From positions 34,622 through 98,621 of the forward strand of contig JBFWQE010000003.1 of the NCBI GenBank assembly GCA_050249615.1: 64,000 nucleotides of DNA. The letters run 5' to 3'. This document shows, in pieces, positions 42,911 through 55,190 of this stretch. Within the stretch, counting starts at the first letter, position 1; every line of letters starts with the position of its first letter. The stretch is from Vicinamibacterales bacterium. GTDB taxonomy: Bacteria; Acidobacteriota; Vicinamibacteria; Vicinamibacterales; UBA2999. The position numbers were made by a program, and so were the translations under genes. The notes beneath the pieces are model-generated. The model ran no database searches, was not told the DNA's origin, and saw nothing but the letters and a program-made list of their open reading frames with translations.

Positions 42911-43596
42911 CCTCGCGCGCGGATCTCCCGCAGCAATCCCGTGGCGCGATCCTTCAGCGGCTCGAGCCGCTTCGCCAGCTGCCCCTGGAACTCGTGCGCG
43001 ATGAGCCTGGCCGGGCGCAGGTCGCGCCCGCCGGTGTTCTCGAAGAGGGTGTTCAGCAGGGCGAAGGTCTCATCGTCCCGCCATGCGGCCTCCTTCTCCA
43101 GCCGCTCGAGGAAGGCCCACTGGAACCGCTCTTCCTGCAGGCGACCCTCCGTGAAATCCTCCAGCAGCTCGATGTACGCCGCCAGCGAGACGACCTGCGG
43201 GTTCACCACGCGCGGGCCGATGGAGGCGGGCAGGTGTTCCTGCAACAGCGTCCGTATCGGCTCCGGCTGGATGGCCCGATCATCCAGGTGCCCGATTGCC
43301 CGCCCCCGGTGAAGGAGGATGAGCTGGGGGCTCTCGTGGACGATGCCGGTGCGGGCGGCCACGTGATCGCTGGCCGCCCGGCCGGAGGGGACCTGGATGA
43401 GGGCCACGGCCACGTCCACGCGCGGCTCGAAGGCCTTCTGCACCAGGGACCACGCGTCGAAGGTCTTGTCGCTGGTGCCGGCCTTGAAGACGACGCACCA
43501 CTCGACCGCGTCGAGCAGGGCGTCCACCTCGGCGGGCTGTGCCAGCGGGAAGAACCGCTCGGGGAGCGTGATCCGCGGCATGGCGGCCGTGATCAT
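42901..43596 (-). CDS. YtxJ-like thioredoxin-fold domain lacking the active-site Cys, fused to a colicin-immunity-like helical domain
   Basis: 3' part of track ORF 42901..44877 from the Met at 43596 (or 43581). VVFKAGTSDKTFDAW sits where YtxJ has FKHSTxCxIS, and the HESPQLILL motif is kept. The C-terminal half YIELLEDFTEGRLQEERFQWAFLERLEKEAAWRDDETFALLNTLFEN resembles the immunity-protein pattern as I recall it. Confidence 0.55.
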   Translation of the reverse strand: MITAAMPRITLPERFFPLAQPAEVDALLDAVEWCVVFKAGTSDKTFDAWSLVQKAFEPRVDVAVALIQVPSGRAASDHVAARTGIVHESPQLILLHRGRAIGHLDDRAIQPEPIRTLLQEHLPASIGPRVVNPQVVSLAAYIELLEDFTEGRLQEERFQWAFLERLEKEAAWRDDETFALLNTLFENTGGRDLRPARLIAHEFQGQLAKRLEPLKDRATGLLREIRARGWP

Positions 43597-44048
43597 CCGC
43601 TGGCCGCCGACAGGCGCTCGCGGACGTTGGCGAACGTCTGCGAGATGAGCTTCTGGGCCTGCGCGTCGAGCACGCGCCCGCCCACGGCGGCGACGGGCCC
43701 TCGGGCCACGGCCTGGCCGCTCCAGTTGAGCTTCGTCGTTCCGGGCCCGGCCTCGATGACATCGGCACCGGCCGTGAGATCGATGGCGCTGCCGAAGCCG
43801 CCGCCGGTGATCTTCATGTCCATGCGATCGCCCGCCGCGCTCGGCTGCAGCTCGAACTTGAACTTGAAGTTCCCGCGCACGGGTCCCACGCCCACCTTGG
43901 CGACGGCATCGAAGTGCGTGGGGTCGTGGACGGTGACATCGACCACGTCCGGCAGGCAACGGCCCACCTGCTCGGGGTCGTTGATGAACGTCCAGACCGT
44001 GGCCTTGTCGGCCGTGATGGTCTCCTCGCCGCTGTACTGTAGGTTCAC
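43593..44048 (-). CDS. coxG: SRPBCC-fold CoxG-family protein
   Basis: 151 aa. KATVWTFINDPEQVGRCLP and GPVRGNFKFKFEL are typical of CoxG. Lies 3 nt downstream of coxL. Confidence 0.8.
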   Translation of the reverse strand: MNLQYSGEETITADKATVWTFINDPEQVGRCLPDVVDVTVHDPTHFDAVAKVGVGPVRGNFKFKFELQPSAAGDRMDMKITGGGFGSAIDLTAGADVIEAGPGTTKLNWSGQAVARGPVAAVGGRVLDAQAQKLISQTFANVRERLSAASG

Positions 44049-44051
44049 GGT

Positions 44052-46400
<2,349 letters not shown>

Positions 46401-46417
46401 GATGCGTCTCCGTCGGG

Positions 46418-46900
46418 CTACTTGGCGGCCGGGGCCGCCTGCAGCGTCTCGGCCGCCTGCCGCACGGCCTTCACGATGTTGTTGTAGCCGGTGCACCGGC
46501 ACAGGTTGCCGGCGAGCTCCTCGCGGATCTCGCCCTCGCTCGGGTTCGGCTTGTGCTTGAGCAGCACGTACGACGTCATCAGCATGCCCGGCGTGCAGTA
46601 GCCGCACTGCAGCCCGTGCTGATCCCAGAACGCCTGCTGCAGCGGGTGGAGCGCGCCGCCCTGGGCGAGGCCCTCCACCGTGAGGATGTCGTGGCCGTCG
46701 GCCTGCGCCGCGAACATCGTGCACGCCTTGACGGCACGATCCCCATCCATCACCACGACGCAGCACCCGCAGCTCGACGTATCGCACCCCACGTGGGTGC
46801 CGGTGAGGCCGCAGTCCTCTCGCAGGAAGTACGCGAGCAGCGTGCGAGGCTCCACGTCCTTCTCGTACTGGACGCCGTTCACCTTGATGCTGACCTTCAT
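46418..46900 (-). CDS. coxS: CO dehydrogenase small [2Fe-2S] subunit
   Basis: 160 aa. [20 protein letters not shown] and CRCTGY cluster motifs. Confidence 0.9.
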   Translation of the reverse strand: MKVSIKVNGVQYEKDVEPRTLLAYFLREDCGLTGTHVGCDTSSCGCCVVVMDGDRAVKACTMFAAQADGHDILTVEGLAQGGALHPLQQAFWDQHGLQCGYCTPGMLMTSYVLLKHKPNPSEGEIREELAGNLCRCTGYNNIVKAVRQAAETLQAAPAAK

Positions 46901-47772
46901 GACTGCACCCCCAGACGCGCCAGGGCCTGGCGCAAGCCGCGGCTGACGAGCACGCCCGCGAGGTTCTTCTTGAATTCGACGCTGCCGCGCAGGTCCGCCT
47001 GCGGCTCACACTTCTTCGAGGCCGCCTCGCCGGCCGCGCGGATCAGCTCGACCGTGGGCTTCTGTCCCTTGAGCAACGCCTCGGCGTCGGCCACGCGGAC
47101 TGCACACGGCCCGGCCGACGAGAGCGCAATCCCCGCCTCGCGCACCGTGCCGTCGGCGTTCAGCGACACCTGCACGGCCGCGGCGGCCGTGGCGTAATCG
47201 CCGACCTTGCGCTCGACCTTCTGATAAGACCCCGCCGTCCGGTCGTCGGGTGCCGGAAACCGCACCGCAAGGGCCATCTCGCCCTCCTGGACCGCCGTGG
47301 TGAAGCTGTCCACCAGGAACTGGTCGATGGGGACCGTCCGCTCGCCATCCTTGCCGCGCACCACCACCTCGGCGCGCGCCGCCAGCGCCACCGCCGGCCA
47401 GTCGCCCGACGGATCGTTGTGGCACAGGCTCCCGACCACGGTGCCCATCTGGCGGACCACCGGATCGGCGACGACGCGCGAGACGTCGTGGATGAGGCTC
47501 CAGCCGCGCTCGCCAATCCAGGGGGCGCGTTCCACGTCGCTGTCGCGCGCGATGGCGCCGAGCGTGAGGGCGCCGTTCATCGTGATGTAGTTCAGCTCGG
47601 CCACGCCGTTGATGTCCACCAGCACGGCCGGGCGCGCGAGGCGGAAACGCATGGCAGGAATGAGGCTCTGGCCGCCGGCCAGCACGCGTGCGTCTCCGCC
47701 CAGCTTCTGCAGCTGCGCGAAGGCATCGTCGGCGGAACCGGCGCGGAGGTAATCGAAGGCTGCGGGTATCAC
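46897..47772 (-). CDS. coxM: CO dehydrogenase medium FAD-binding subunit
   Basis: Track ORF 46897..47826 trimmed to the GTG at 47772, preceded by [29 protein letters not shown]...[19 protein letters not shown] overlap with coxS. Confidence 0.85.
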   Translation of the reverse strand: MIPAAFDYLRAGSADDAFAQLQKLGGDARVLAGGQSLIPAMRFRLARPAVLVDINGVAELNYITMNGALTLGAIARDSDVERAPWIGERGWSLIHDVSRVVADPVVRQMGTVVGSLCHNDPSGDWPAVALAARAEVVVRGKDGERTVPIDQFLVDSFTTAVQEGEMALAVRFPAPDDRTAGSYQKVERKVGDYATAAAAVQVSLNADGTVREAGIALSSAGPCAVRVADAEALLKGQKPTVELIRAAGEAASKKCEPQADLRGSVEFKKNLAGVLVSRGLRQALARLGVQS

Positions 47773-47913
47773 GGGGGCATCCTCCTCTGACGGTTGGCTG
47801 CGGGAGTGGCACCCTCGCGTTGGCACGGAGGATACGCGCTCGGGGATCTCGCTACTTATATCTCAGATTCACGGCCGCCTTCGGCGGTGGGCTCTCGCGG
47901 TTAGACTCCAGAG

Positions 47914-48498
47914 ATGGTGAGTGCGGTTCTGCTGGCCGCGGGGGCTTCGACCCGGATGGGCGTCCCCAAGCTGCTGCTGCCCCTGGGCGGCGAGCCCATC
48001 GTCCGGCGCACGGCGCGGCAGGTGTGCGCGAGCGGGTTCGACGAGGTCATCGTCGTGTCGGGCGCCGAGCACGAGCGAATCGTCGAGGCGCTCGAGGGCC
48101 TCCCCGTTCGGCACGCCGTGAACCCGGACTTTGCGACCGGCATGGGTAGCTCGTTCCGCACCGGCGTGGCGCACCTCGGGGACTGCGAGGCCGCCATGTT
48201 CGCGCTCGCGGACCAACCGTTCCTGACGTCCGCCGAATACGGGGCGATCCTGACCACCTGGATGCTGCACCATCCCCTGATCGTCGGCTCGCGATTCGGG
48301 GAGGTGACGGCCCCACCTCATCTGTTCGCGCGTGCTCTCTATCCCGAGTTGGCGGCGCTCCAGCACGGCGCGCGATCGGTCCTGCAGCGCCATGCGAGCC
48401 GGATGATCGTGATGCACTTCGCGGCCGAGCTGCTGATGGACATCGACACGCCGGACGACTACGAGCGTGCGAAGGTGCGCGTGGCTGCCGGCCGGTGA
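47914..48498 (+). CDS. mocA: Molybdenum cofactor cytidylyltransferase-like nucleotidyltransferase
   Basis: 194 aa. MVSAVLLAAGASTRMGVPKLLLPLGG and DIDTPDDY. Divergent from coxM, consistent with MCD cofactor supply. Confidence 0.75.
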   Translation: MVSAVLLAAGASTRMGVPKLLLPLGGEPIVRRTARQVCASGFDEVIVVSGAEHERIVEALEGLPVRHAVNPDFATGMGSSFRTGVAHLGDCEAAMFALADQPFLTSAEYGAILTTWMLHHPLIVGSRFGEVTAPPHLFARALYPELAALQHGARSVLQRHASRMIVMHFAAELLMDIDTPDDYERAKVRVAAGR

Positions 48499-49571
48499 AG
48501 GCTGCCGGTCGTGCCCTTGAGGAACCCGCCCTCGAATCCGCGAATGACCGCCAGGATCTCCGCGAGAATCGAGAGGGCCACCTCGTCTGCCGTCTCGGCG
48601 CCCAACGACAGCCCGATGGGGCTGTGCACGCGCGCGAGCATGTCGGCGGAGGGGACGACACCGTCCGCCTTCAGCTGGTCGAGCAGCTTCTCGTAGCGGG
48701 CGCGCGGCCCCAGCACTCCGATGTAGGCGGGCTCCGCCTCGAGCGCGAACCGCAGCGCCTGCCGGTCGCGCTCCATGTGGTGGCCCATCACCACGACGAA
48801 GCTGCCCGGCCGAAGGGCCAGCGCCGCGGGCAGCGCGTCGAACCCCGTCAGGACCAGTCGGGCGCCGTGGAACAGGTCCGGCTGGAGGTACGCGCTCCGC
48901 GGATCGACGACGGTGACGGCCAGGCCCAGCGACCAGGCCAGCCGGGCCAGCGGGACGGCGTCCTGCCCGGCCCCGAAGACCACCAGCTCGATCGGCGGGA
49001 CATTGACCTCGAAGAACAGCTCGACGTCGCCGAACCGCTCTGCCGCGGACTGCGCCTCGCGCGTGGCGAGCATCTCGCGGGCGCGCGCGTCGGCGTCGCG
49101 ATCGAGCGAGGGGCCCGCAAGGTGTCCGACCGCGGTGCCCGAGGCGAACACGATGCGGCGCCCCGAGGTGCCCGAAAGGGGCGTGACGAGCACGGCAGCC
49201 TCGCCTCTGCCCAGCACATCGAGCCAGGCCGTGGTCACCTCGTCGTCCTCGAGGCGCTCGATGTGGATGTCCACGGCGCCGCTGCAGCCGACGTTCAGGC
49301 TCCAGATGGAATCGTCCGCCAGATCGTAGCTGACCGTGGCGGGCTCGCCGGTGGCGATCACGCCTGCGGCCGCGGTGGCGACGGCCGGCTCGAGGCACCC
49401 CCCGGACAGGGCGCACTCGTAGGTGCCGTCCGGACGGACGAGCATGCGGGCGCCCTCGCGGCGATAGGCGCTGCCGTGCACGCGCACGACCGTCGCGACG
49501 GCGGCCCGCCCGCCGGAGGCGCGCACGTCGGCCAGGGCGGCGAGGAAGCGTTCGGCCTCGCGCAGGTTCAT
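48459..49571 (-). CDS. XdhC/CoxF-family maturation protein (second copy, no YHS domain)
   Basis: 370 aa. AAVATVVRVHGSAYRREGARMLV...ALSGGCLEP and Rossmann segment LVVFGAGQDAVPLARLA. The 3' end overlaps convergent mocA by 40 nt. Confidence 0.8.
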   Translation of the reverse strand: MNLREAERFLAALADVRASGGRAAVATVVRVHGSAYRREGARMLVRPDGTYECALSGGCLEPAVATAAAGVIATGEPATVSYDLADDSIWSLNVGCSGAVDIHIERLEDDEVTTAWLDVLGRGEAAVLVTPLSGTSGRRIVFASGTAVGHLAGPSLDRDADARAREMLATREAQSAAERFGDVELFFEVNVPPIELVVFGAGQDAVPLARLAWSLGLAVTVVDPRSAYLQPDLFHGARLVLTGFDALPAALALRPGSFVVVMGHHMERDRQALRFALEAEPAYIGVLGPRARYEKLLDQLKADGVVPSADMLARVHSPIGLSLGAETADEVALSILAEILAVIRGFEGGFLKGTTGSLHRPAATRTFARS

Positions 49572-50215
49572 GATCCGACTCTATCAGGACCGCTGGCCGC
49601 CACCGGCCTGGCGGGCCAGTCCTGCCGCCAGGCGTCGGGCGGCGCCTCGCCCCTGTAGCGGATGCGGACGGGCATCGCGGCGAGCCGATCGAAGTTGCGC
49701 GCCTCCGCGCGGATGGGCCACCAGTCGTAGAGGAAGACCTCGATTGGCCGCCACATCGCCACCCAGCCGCCGATGAGGAAGCCCTCGCGCAGGATGCCGG
49801 CGACGCGGTTCTCTGGAAAGTAGGCGGCGAGCAGGTCGCCCGCCGCGACCGAGGCCGCCAGGAACGCGAGGGCGATCAGCAGGCTCATGCGCCCGCGGCG
49901 CAGCAACTCGCGCAGCTTCCGTCGCGTGACCTCGGCGCGCTGACCGAAGAACTCGTGGATGGCGTCGCGGAGGATCTCGGCCTCGTCGGGGCGCCCGGGG
50001 GCGCGGTCCAGGTGCACGAGCAGCGCGAGCGGCGCGTCGTCGGGAAGGTCGGCGCTCCAGCCGACGATGAACTCCTCGGCGCGCGGATCGAGATCGCGCT
50101 CGTGAAAGGGCGACGGATCGATCGCGTTGAAGAGCTGGCGCAGCTCGGTGACCCGCACCTCGATGGCGCGGAAGTGCGCGGGGATGAGGTCACCGGCATC
50201 GGGGGGCTGGCTCAC
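49568..50215 (-). CDS. Hypothetical membrane protein, translationally coupled to xdhC
   Basis: 215 aa. Cytoplasmic N-half, then two TM helices (MSLLIALAFLAASVAAGDLL and FLIGGWVAMW). ATGA overlap with the xdhC start. Confidence 0.55.
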   Translation of the reverse strand: MSQPPDAGDLIPAHFRAIEVRVTELRQLFNAIDPSPFHERDLDPRAEEFIVGWSADLPDDAPLALLVHLDRAPGRPDEAEILRDAIHEFFGQRAEVTRRKLRELLRRGRMSLLIALAFLAASVAAGDLLAAYFPENRVAGILREGFLIGGWVAMWRPIEVFLYDWWPIRAEARNFDRLAAMPVRIRYRGEAPPDAWRQDWPARPVAASGPDRVGS

Positions 50216-50261
50216 GGCCCCACGATAGCGCGGATTGGCCGTCCACTATCATTGGCGGGAC

Positions 50262-51419
50262 ATGACACGGATTGCCATCCTGAGCACGCCGAAGACCGGC
50301 AACGTCTGGCTGACCTCGCTGCTGAGGGAGGCCTACGGCGTACCGCTGCAGCCGGTCGACCCGATCCTGAGGACCCTTCCCGTCGACGTGCTGGAGTCGT
50401 ACGGCGACGACTGGATTGTCTACGCGCACGTCTATCCGGACGGGCGGGCGGTGGACTGGCTCAGGACCAACGGCGTGCACGTGCTGACCACCGTCCGGCA
50501 TCCCTGCGACATCCTGGTCTCGCTTCGCCATTTCGTGGCGTGGAATCCCGACAACCAGTCGGATCCCGCGCGAGCCATGCTCGCGGACGGCGACGCCTAC
50601 GGTGAGGCCTCGGCGACCTACGTGCGGGAGCACTTCGCCAACGTGATCGGCATCTCGGCGTCATGGGCCCGCCTCGGGGCCCTCGCGGTCCGCTACGAAG
50701 ACATGATTGCCGACCCGGTGCAGGGCCTGCGACGAATCGCTGGGCGCGTGGGGGCGCTGCCGGAGGCGACGATTCGAAAGGCCGTGCTGCTGTCGCAGTT
50801 CAAGCGCATGCGCGCAGGCGTGGACCCGAACCATGGCCTGCAGCCCTGGCGCGAGCGGCACTTCCGGGCCGGGCGGGCCGGCGGGTGGCGAGAGGCCCTC
50901 GGCGACGGCCCGATCGTGGAGGCGATGCGCACGCGCGAGCCCTTCATCAGCCAGTTCCAGGCGCTCGGCTACAGTGTGGATGCCCGCGACGTGGTGGATG
51001 TGGTGCCGTTCTCGTATGGCGACATCGATCCATTCCGCGATCGGGATCACTTCGACAACGGCGTGGCGATCAACCCGTGGCTGATGCGCATCTACCTCGA
51101 GCACCCCGACGCCGAGCGGCAGTGGCCCGACCCGGTGGCGACCGGGGGCCGGTCGTCGTTCTTCAGCTGGTTGAACGCACCCGCGGAGGAGCTCGACGGC
51201 GCGCGGCCCGGGGAGGTCATGCTCACCAACCTGGCGGCCAACGTCTACGGCCGCCGGCCCGACGTCCAGGCCGCCTTCCCCGACATCCGTTCCGCCGATC
51301 GGCTGGCGTTCGCGTGGTGGTTCCTGACTTACGGCGTCACCGAGCACCGGCTCGCGCCGGAATTCGCCGCGCCGGTCCAGGCCTCGCTCGCGCGGCTCGC
51401 GCCGCGACTGCCCTCATGA
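50262..51419 (+). CDS. Sulfotransferase-like protein with a C-terminal extension
   Basis: Track ORF 50235..51419 trimmed to MTRIAILSTPKTGNVWL, which resembles the 5'-PSB loop PKxGTTW. The C-terminal RPDVQAAFPD segment is of unknown role. Confidence 0.55.
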   Translation: MTRIAILSTPKTGNVWLTSLLREAYGVPLQPVDPILRTLPVDVLESYGDDWIVYAHVYPDGRAVDWLRTNGVHVLTTVRHPCDILVSLRHFVAWNPDNQSDPARAMLADGDAYGEASATYVREHFANVIGISASWARLGALAVRYEDMIADPVQGLRRIAGRVGALPEATIRKAVLLSQFKRMRAGVDPNHGLQPWRERHFRAGRAGGWREALGDGPIVEAMRTREPFISQFQALGYSVDARDVVDVVPFSYGDIDPFRDRDHFDNGVAINPWLMRIYLEHPDAERQWPDPVATGGRSSFFSWLNAPAEELDGARPGEVMLTNLAANVYGRRPDVQAAFPDIRSADRLAFAWWFLTYGVTEHRLAPEFAAPVQASLARLAPRLPS

Positions 51420-53381
51420 CGGGACCGGCGACGCCTCGGCCGGTTGGGCGTGGGGGAGCCCGGCGGCGGCGTAGATCTCGGCCTCGTCCAGGCTCTCGCG
51501 CTCGAGCAGCTTCTCGACGATGGCGTCGAGCTTGTCCCGGTTCTCCCGCACCAGGCGGCGCGCCTCGGCGTAACACTCGTCGGTGAGGCGCCGCACCTCC
51601 TCGTCCACGGCGTTCAGCAGGACGTCGGACACGCCGAGCATGCGCGGGTCTCCTTCGACGGGCAGCACCGACAGCGGACCGATGCGTTCCGACATGCCCC
51701 ACCGGCCCACCATCGACCGCGCGATGCGCGTGACCATTTCGAGGTCGCTCTCCGCCCCGCTGGTGACGACACCGTACACCTCCTGCTCGGCGGCCATGCC
51801 GCCGAGCGCCCCGACGATGCGCCCGCGCAGGTAGTTCGCGTCGTACCCGTAGCGGTCGGTCTCGGGCGTGGAGAGCGTCACGCCCAGCGCGCGCCCGCGC
51901 GGGACGATCGAGACCTTGCGCACCGGGTCCGCTCCCGGCTGGAGCATGCCGATGAGCGCGTGGCCGGCCTCGTGGTAGGCCGTGCGCCGGCGCTCGGGCT
52001 CGGGAATGACGACGTTGCGCGCGGTCCCGAGCTGCACCTTCTCGAGCGCGTCGGTGAGGTCGCGGTGGGTCACCGCGGCTTCCTGCCGCCGCGCGGCCAG
52101 CAGGGCCGCCTCGTTGACGAGGTTCGCGAGATCGGCGCCGGTCATGCCGGGCGTGGACGCCGCGATCTTCTCGAGCTCCACATCCGGGGCGAGCGGCACC
52201 TTCCGCGTGTGCACCTTCAGGATCTCGACCCGTCCCTTCTGGTCGGGGGCGTGGACGACGATCTGCCGATCGAAGCGGCCCGGCCGGAGCAGCGCCGGAT
52301 CGAGGATGTCGGGGCGGTTCGTGGCGGCGAGCACAACCACGCCCTCGTGGCCCGAGAAGCCGTCCATCTCCGTGAGGATCTGGTTGAGCGTCTGCTCCCG
52401 CTCGTCGTGTCCGCCGAAGGCCCGCGCCCCGCCGCGCGCGCGGCCGATGGTATCGATCTCGTCGATGAAGATGATGGCCGGCGCCACCTTGCGTGCCTCG
52501 GCGAAGAGCTCGCGCACGCGGCTGGCGCCGACGCCGACGATCATCTCGATGAACTCGGAGGCGCTGGCGCTGAAGAACGGCACGTTGGCCTCGCCCGCCG
52601 TGGCGCGAGCGAGCAGTGTCTTGCCCGTGCCGGGGGCACCGGTGAGCAGCACCCCCTTGGGCGCGCGGGCGCCAAGCTTGCGGTACTTCTGCGGGTCGCG
52701 CAGGAAGTCCACGATCTCGTTGATCTCGCCCTCCACCTCGTCGATGCCCGCCACGTCGTCGAAGGTGACGCGGACCGATTCCCGGTCCACGGGCTTGCGC
52801 GGGCCGGCGCCCAGGATGCCGCCGCCCATGCCGCCCATCAGGTTCCGCTGGCGCCGGAAGATCCACACATAGAACGCGATGAGGAGGAGGAAGGGCGCCA
52901 CAGAGATGAGGAGGTTCGTCAGGATTCCCCGCTCCTGCACGAGCGGGGTGGCGCGCACGGTCGCGCCGCCGGCGGTGAGCTCGGCCAGCAGGTCGTCGCT
53001 GGCGAAGGTGGGACGCTCCGTCGTGAAGCGCTCGTAGGTGCGGCCCGGCTCGCCGGGGACGGGCACGGGCTTCTTGAGCCCGCCCTGGATGGAGTCGCCG
53101 CGCGCGAAGAGCTCGGCCACATTGCGTCCGGCCACCTGCGACTTGAACTCGGTGTAGGGCACGGCCTCGGGCCCGGCCAGGCGGTCCTGGACGGTGAGGA
53201 CGCCGAACACGATCAGGTAGCCGAGCGCAAGCAGCGCGAGAACGGGCCACCTGGGGCCCTTCGGCGCGGGCTCGCCCTTGGGAAGGCCCTCGGTGCGCCA
53301 CGGGCGCGAGGAAGGCTGGTCGGCGGTTGGACCGGGCCCGCTCGGCTCGGTTGCCGGCGACGGGTTGTTCGGCTCGGCCAT
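51414..53381 (-). CDS. ftsH: ATP-dependent zinc metalloprotease FtsH
   Basis: Track ORF 51414..53654 trimmed to the Met at 53381 (MAEPNNPS...). Walker [12 protein letters not shown], Walker B IIFIDEID, and zinc motif HEAGHA. Confidence 0.92.
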   Translation of the reverse strand: MAEPNNPSPATEPSGPGPTADQPSSRPWRTEGLPKGEPAPKGPRWPVLALLALGYLIVFGVLTVQDRLAGPEAVPYTEFKSQVAGRNVAELFARGDSIQGGLKKPVPVPGEPGRTYERFTTERPTFASDDLLAELTAGGATVRATPLVQERGILTNLLISVAPFLLLIAFYVWIFRRQRNLMGGMGGGILGAGPRKPVDRESVRVTFDDVAGIDEVEGEINEIVDFLRDPQKYRKLGARAPKGVLLTGAPGTGKTLLARATAGEANVPFFSASASEFIEMIVGVGASRVRELFAEARKVAPAIIFIDEIDTIGRARGGARAFGGHDEREQTLNQILTEMDGFSGHEGVVVLAATNRPDILDPALLRPGRFDRQIVVHAPDQKGRVEILKVHTRKVPLAPDVELEKIAASTPGMTGADLANLVNEAALLAARRQEAAVTHRDLTDALEKVQLGTARNVVIPEPERRRTAYHEAGHALIGMLQPGADPVRKVSIVPRGRALGVTLSTPETDRYGYDANYLRGRIVGALGGMAAEQEVYGVVTSGAESDLEMVTRIARSMVGRWGMSERIGPLSVLPVEGDPRMLGVSDVLLNAVDEEVRRLTDECYAEARRLVRENRDKLDAIVEKLLERESLDEAEIYAAAGLPHAQPAEASPVPS

Positions 53382-53459
53382 GGCGTCCCTATGATGCCCA
53401 GCTTGCCTGCTCCGCGCCAGTACCCATATTGTCAGGGGAGTCGAAGACTGGAGGATGCG

Positions 53460-53609
53460 ATGCCACGCAAGACCGGAGATCGTTACGCGTGCGAGAAGTG
53501 CGGCGCGCAGCTGGTGTATGAGAAGCCCTGCCCGTGCCCGGAGGGCATGCCACACTCGGAGATCTGCTGCGGCGAGCAGATGAAGAAGGTGGAGGCCGCC
53601 AAGGGGTAG
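53460..53609 (+). CDS. Desulforedoxin-like small Cys-rich protein (49 aa)
   Basis: 3' end of track ORF 51444..53609. GGAGGA lies 5 nt before the ATG. YACEKCGAQLVYEKPCPCPEGMPHSEICCGEQMKKV follows the Dx pattern CxxCG...CCGxxM, with an inserted CPCP. Confidence 0.55.
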   Translation: MPRKTGDRYACEKCGAQLVYEKPCPCPEGMPHSEICCGEQMKKVEAAKG

Positions 53610-53685
53610 GCCGAGGAGGGGTTGTGCGTGCGCGGGTGGCCCGGCCGTGGCCACCCGTGCACGCGTTCCCCTGAAGGGGCCGTCC

Positions 53686-54318
53686 CTAACGCCCGCGGGC
53701 GGCCCGGTAGAAGTAATAGTCGGCGGTATACGGCACCAGGCTCAGCTTGCCGACGTCAGCCGATCCACTGCATCCGGTCGTGGGTGCAAGGCCGCCGGAG
53801 GTGTTCACGCGGTGGATGTAGACCGTCCGCGCGAGCGTCAATCCGCCTGTCGGGCCGGCTGCGGCGCCCGCGGCCTCGAGCAGAAGCCAGGGCACCGCGC
53901 CGGGCTCGACGTAGGCGGGATCGGTGGACGAGGCGAGGGCGCGCGCCCAGACGCGGCTGGTGTCGAACGAATGCTGCCACGTCGGGCGGGCCAGGCCGTT
54001 CTCCGCCGGGTTCGCGCTGAGGAAGTGCGTGGCGTTCTGCTGGTCGAACTCACCGGCGAACGACTGGAACAGCGTCGCCTGCGGCCCGAGGAACGTCCAT
54101 GCCATCCCCGACGCGGTGTTCATGCAGATGAAGTTCTGCGTGCCCGTCGCCTGTCCCTTGAAGAAGACCGAGTGACCGGCCGGGACCTCGAGGTTCGCGG
54201 GCACTTCCGGAACCTCGATGGGCGTGCGGCGGCGCGCTTGCGCCAGGGTCACCGCGGAGGTGCAGCCGAGCACCATCAACCCTGCTGCCACCAGTCGTCG
54301 AACGTGCGTGCGCATCAT
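53686..54318 (-). CDS. Secreted DUF3455-like protein
   Basis: 210 aa with a signal peptide. C-terminal YIHRVNTSGG...VPYTADYYFY resembles the DUF3455 pattern as I recall it. Confidence 0.6.
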   Translation of the reverse strand: MMRTHVRRLVAAGLMVLGCTSAVTLAQARRRTPIEVPEVPANLEVPAGHSVFFKGQATGTQNFICMNTASGMAWTFLGPQATLFQSFAGEFDQQNATHFLSANPAENGLARPTWQHSFDTSRVWARALASSTDPAYVEPGAVPWLLLEAAGAAAGPTGGLTLARTVYIHRVNTSGGLAPTTGCSGSADVGKLSLVPYTADYYFYRAARGR

Positions 54319-54368
54319 CTTGTCCTTTCTCGAGCAGCAAACGTGTCACCGATGACGTGACGGGCGCG

Positions 54369-55190
54369 TCACACCCGCACACCAACCGCCACCCAGTACG
54401 AGCGCGGGACCGAGATGCCCAACTCGGTCCGGAACCCCTCGTGGAAGGCGATGAAGTCCGCGCGCAACCCGTCGAGGCGGGCTGGGTCGAGACTGTCGGC
54501 CAGCGCTTTCGTGGGGCCATAACCGCGTGAGAAGGCTTCCCAGGCGGCCTCGGCGCTCGGCTCGCGGTAGTAGGACACGCCCGGCTCGAAGCGCAGGTCG
54601 AACGCCTGTCCGAGGAGCTCGCGCATGCGGTCGACGCGCCCCCACTCGAAGGGTGACGGCGGCGCGGGATTCGGCGGCGGCGGCATGTAGCGCCGCATCA
54701 CCTTGAACATCTCGAAGACGTTGCCGTCCGGCGTCCACGTGGTGAGGGCGACGCGGCCACCCCTGCGGCAGACGCGTGCCAGCTCCGCGGCCGCGGGCTC
54801 GGGACGCGCGGCGAACATGACACCGCAGGTGGAGATCACCGCGTCGAACGTGCCATCGTCGAAGGGCAGATCCTCGGCATCGGCGACGTGGTACTCGATC
54901 GACAGGCCCTCGGCCCTGGCTCGGGTGCGTGCGGAATCCAGCACGTCGGCCGCGATGTCCACGCCCACCACGGTGGCCCCGTGCCGCGCGACCCGGCGCG
55001 ACGTCCAGCCCGTGCCGGTGGCGAGATCCAGGATGCGCTCGCCCGGGCGCGGCGCGACCCGCAGCACGGCGTGCTCGATGGAATCGGCGATGCCCCGGCT
55101 GATCTGGTCGTAGTCGCTGCCGCCCGCGCTCCACACCGCGGCGGCTCGCTCGTTGTGCGGTTGAATTCGTCCGATGGTCGTGCCCTGCAT
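54369..55190 (-). CDS. Class I SAM-dependent methyltransferase
   Basis: 273 aa. Motif I ILDLATGTGWT and a post-I acidic residue (VVGVDIA). Confidence 0.8.
   Translation of the reverse strand: MQGTTIGRIQPHNERAAAVWSAGGSDYDQISRGIADSIEHAVLRVAPRPGERILDLATGTGWTSRRVARHGATVVGVDIAADVLDSARTRARAEGLSIEYHVADAEDLPFDDGTFDAVISTCGVMFAARPEPAAAELARVCRRGGRVALTTWTPDGNVFEMFKVMRRYMPPPPNPAPPSPFEWGRVDRMRELLGQAFDLRFEPGVSYYREPSAEAAWEAFSRGYGPTKALADSLDPARLDGLRADFIAFHEGFRTELGISVPRSYWVAVGVRV

Noticed and set aside
47807-47826. Sigma-54 promoter suggested by two TGGCAC hexamers in the coxM-mocA divergent region
   Set aside because: Neither TGGCAC is followed by a TTGC element at the required spacing (GG to GC of 12 nt). 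They are 14 nt apart as direct repeats. I could not support a -24/-12 promoter. They may still be a regulator binding site.
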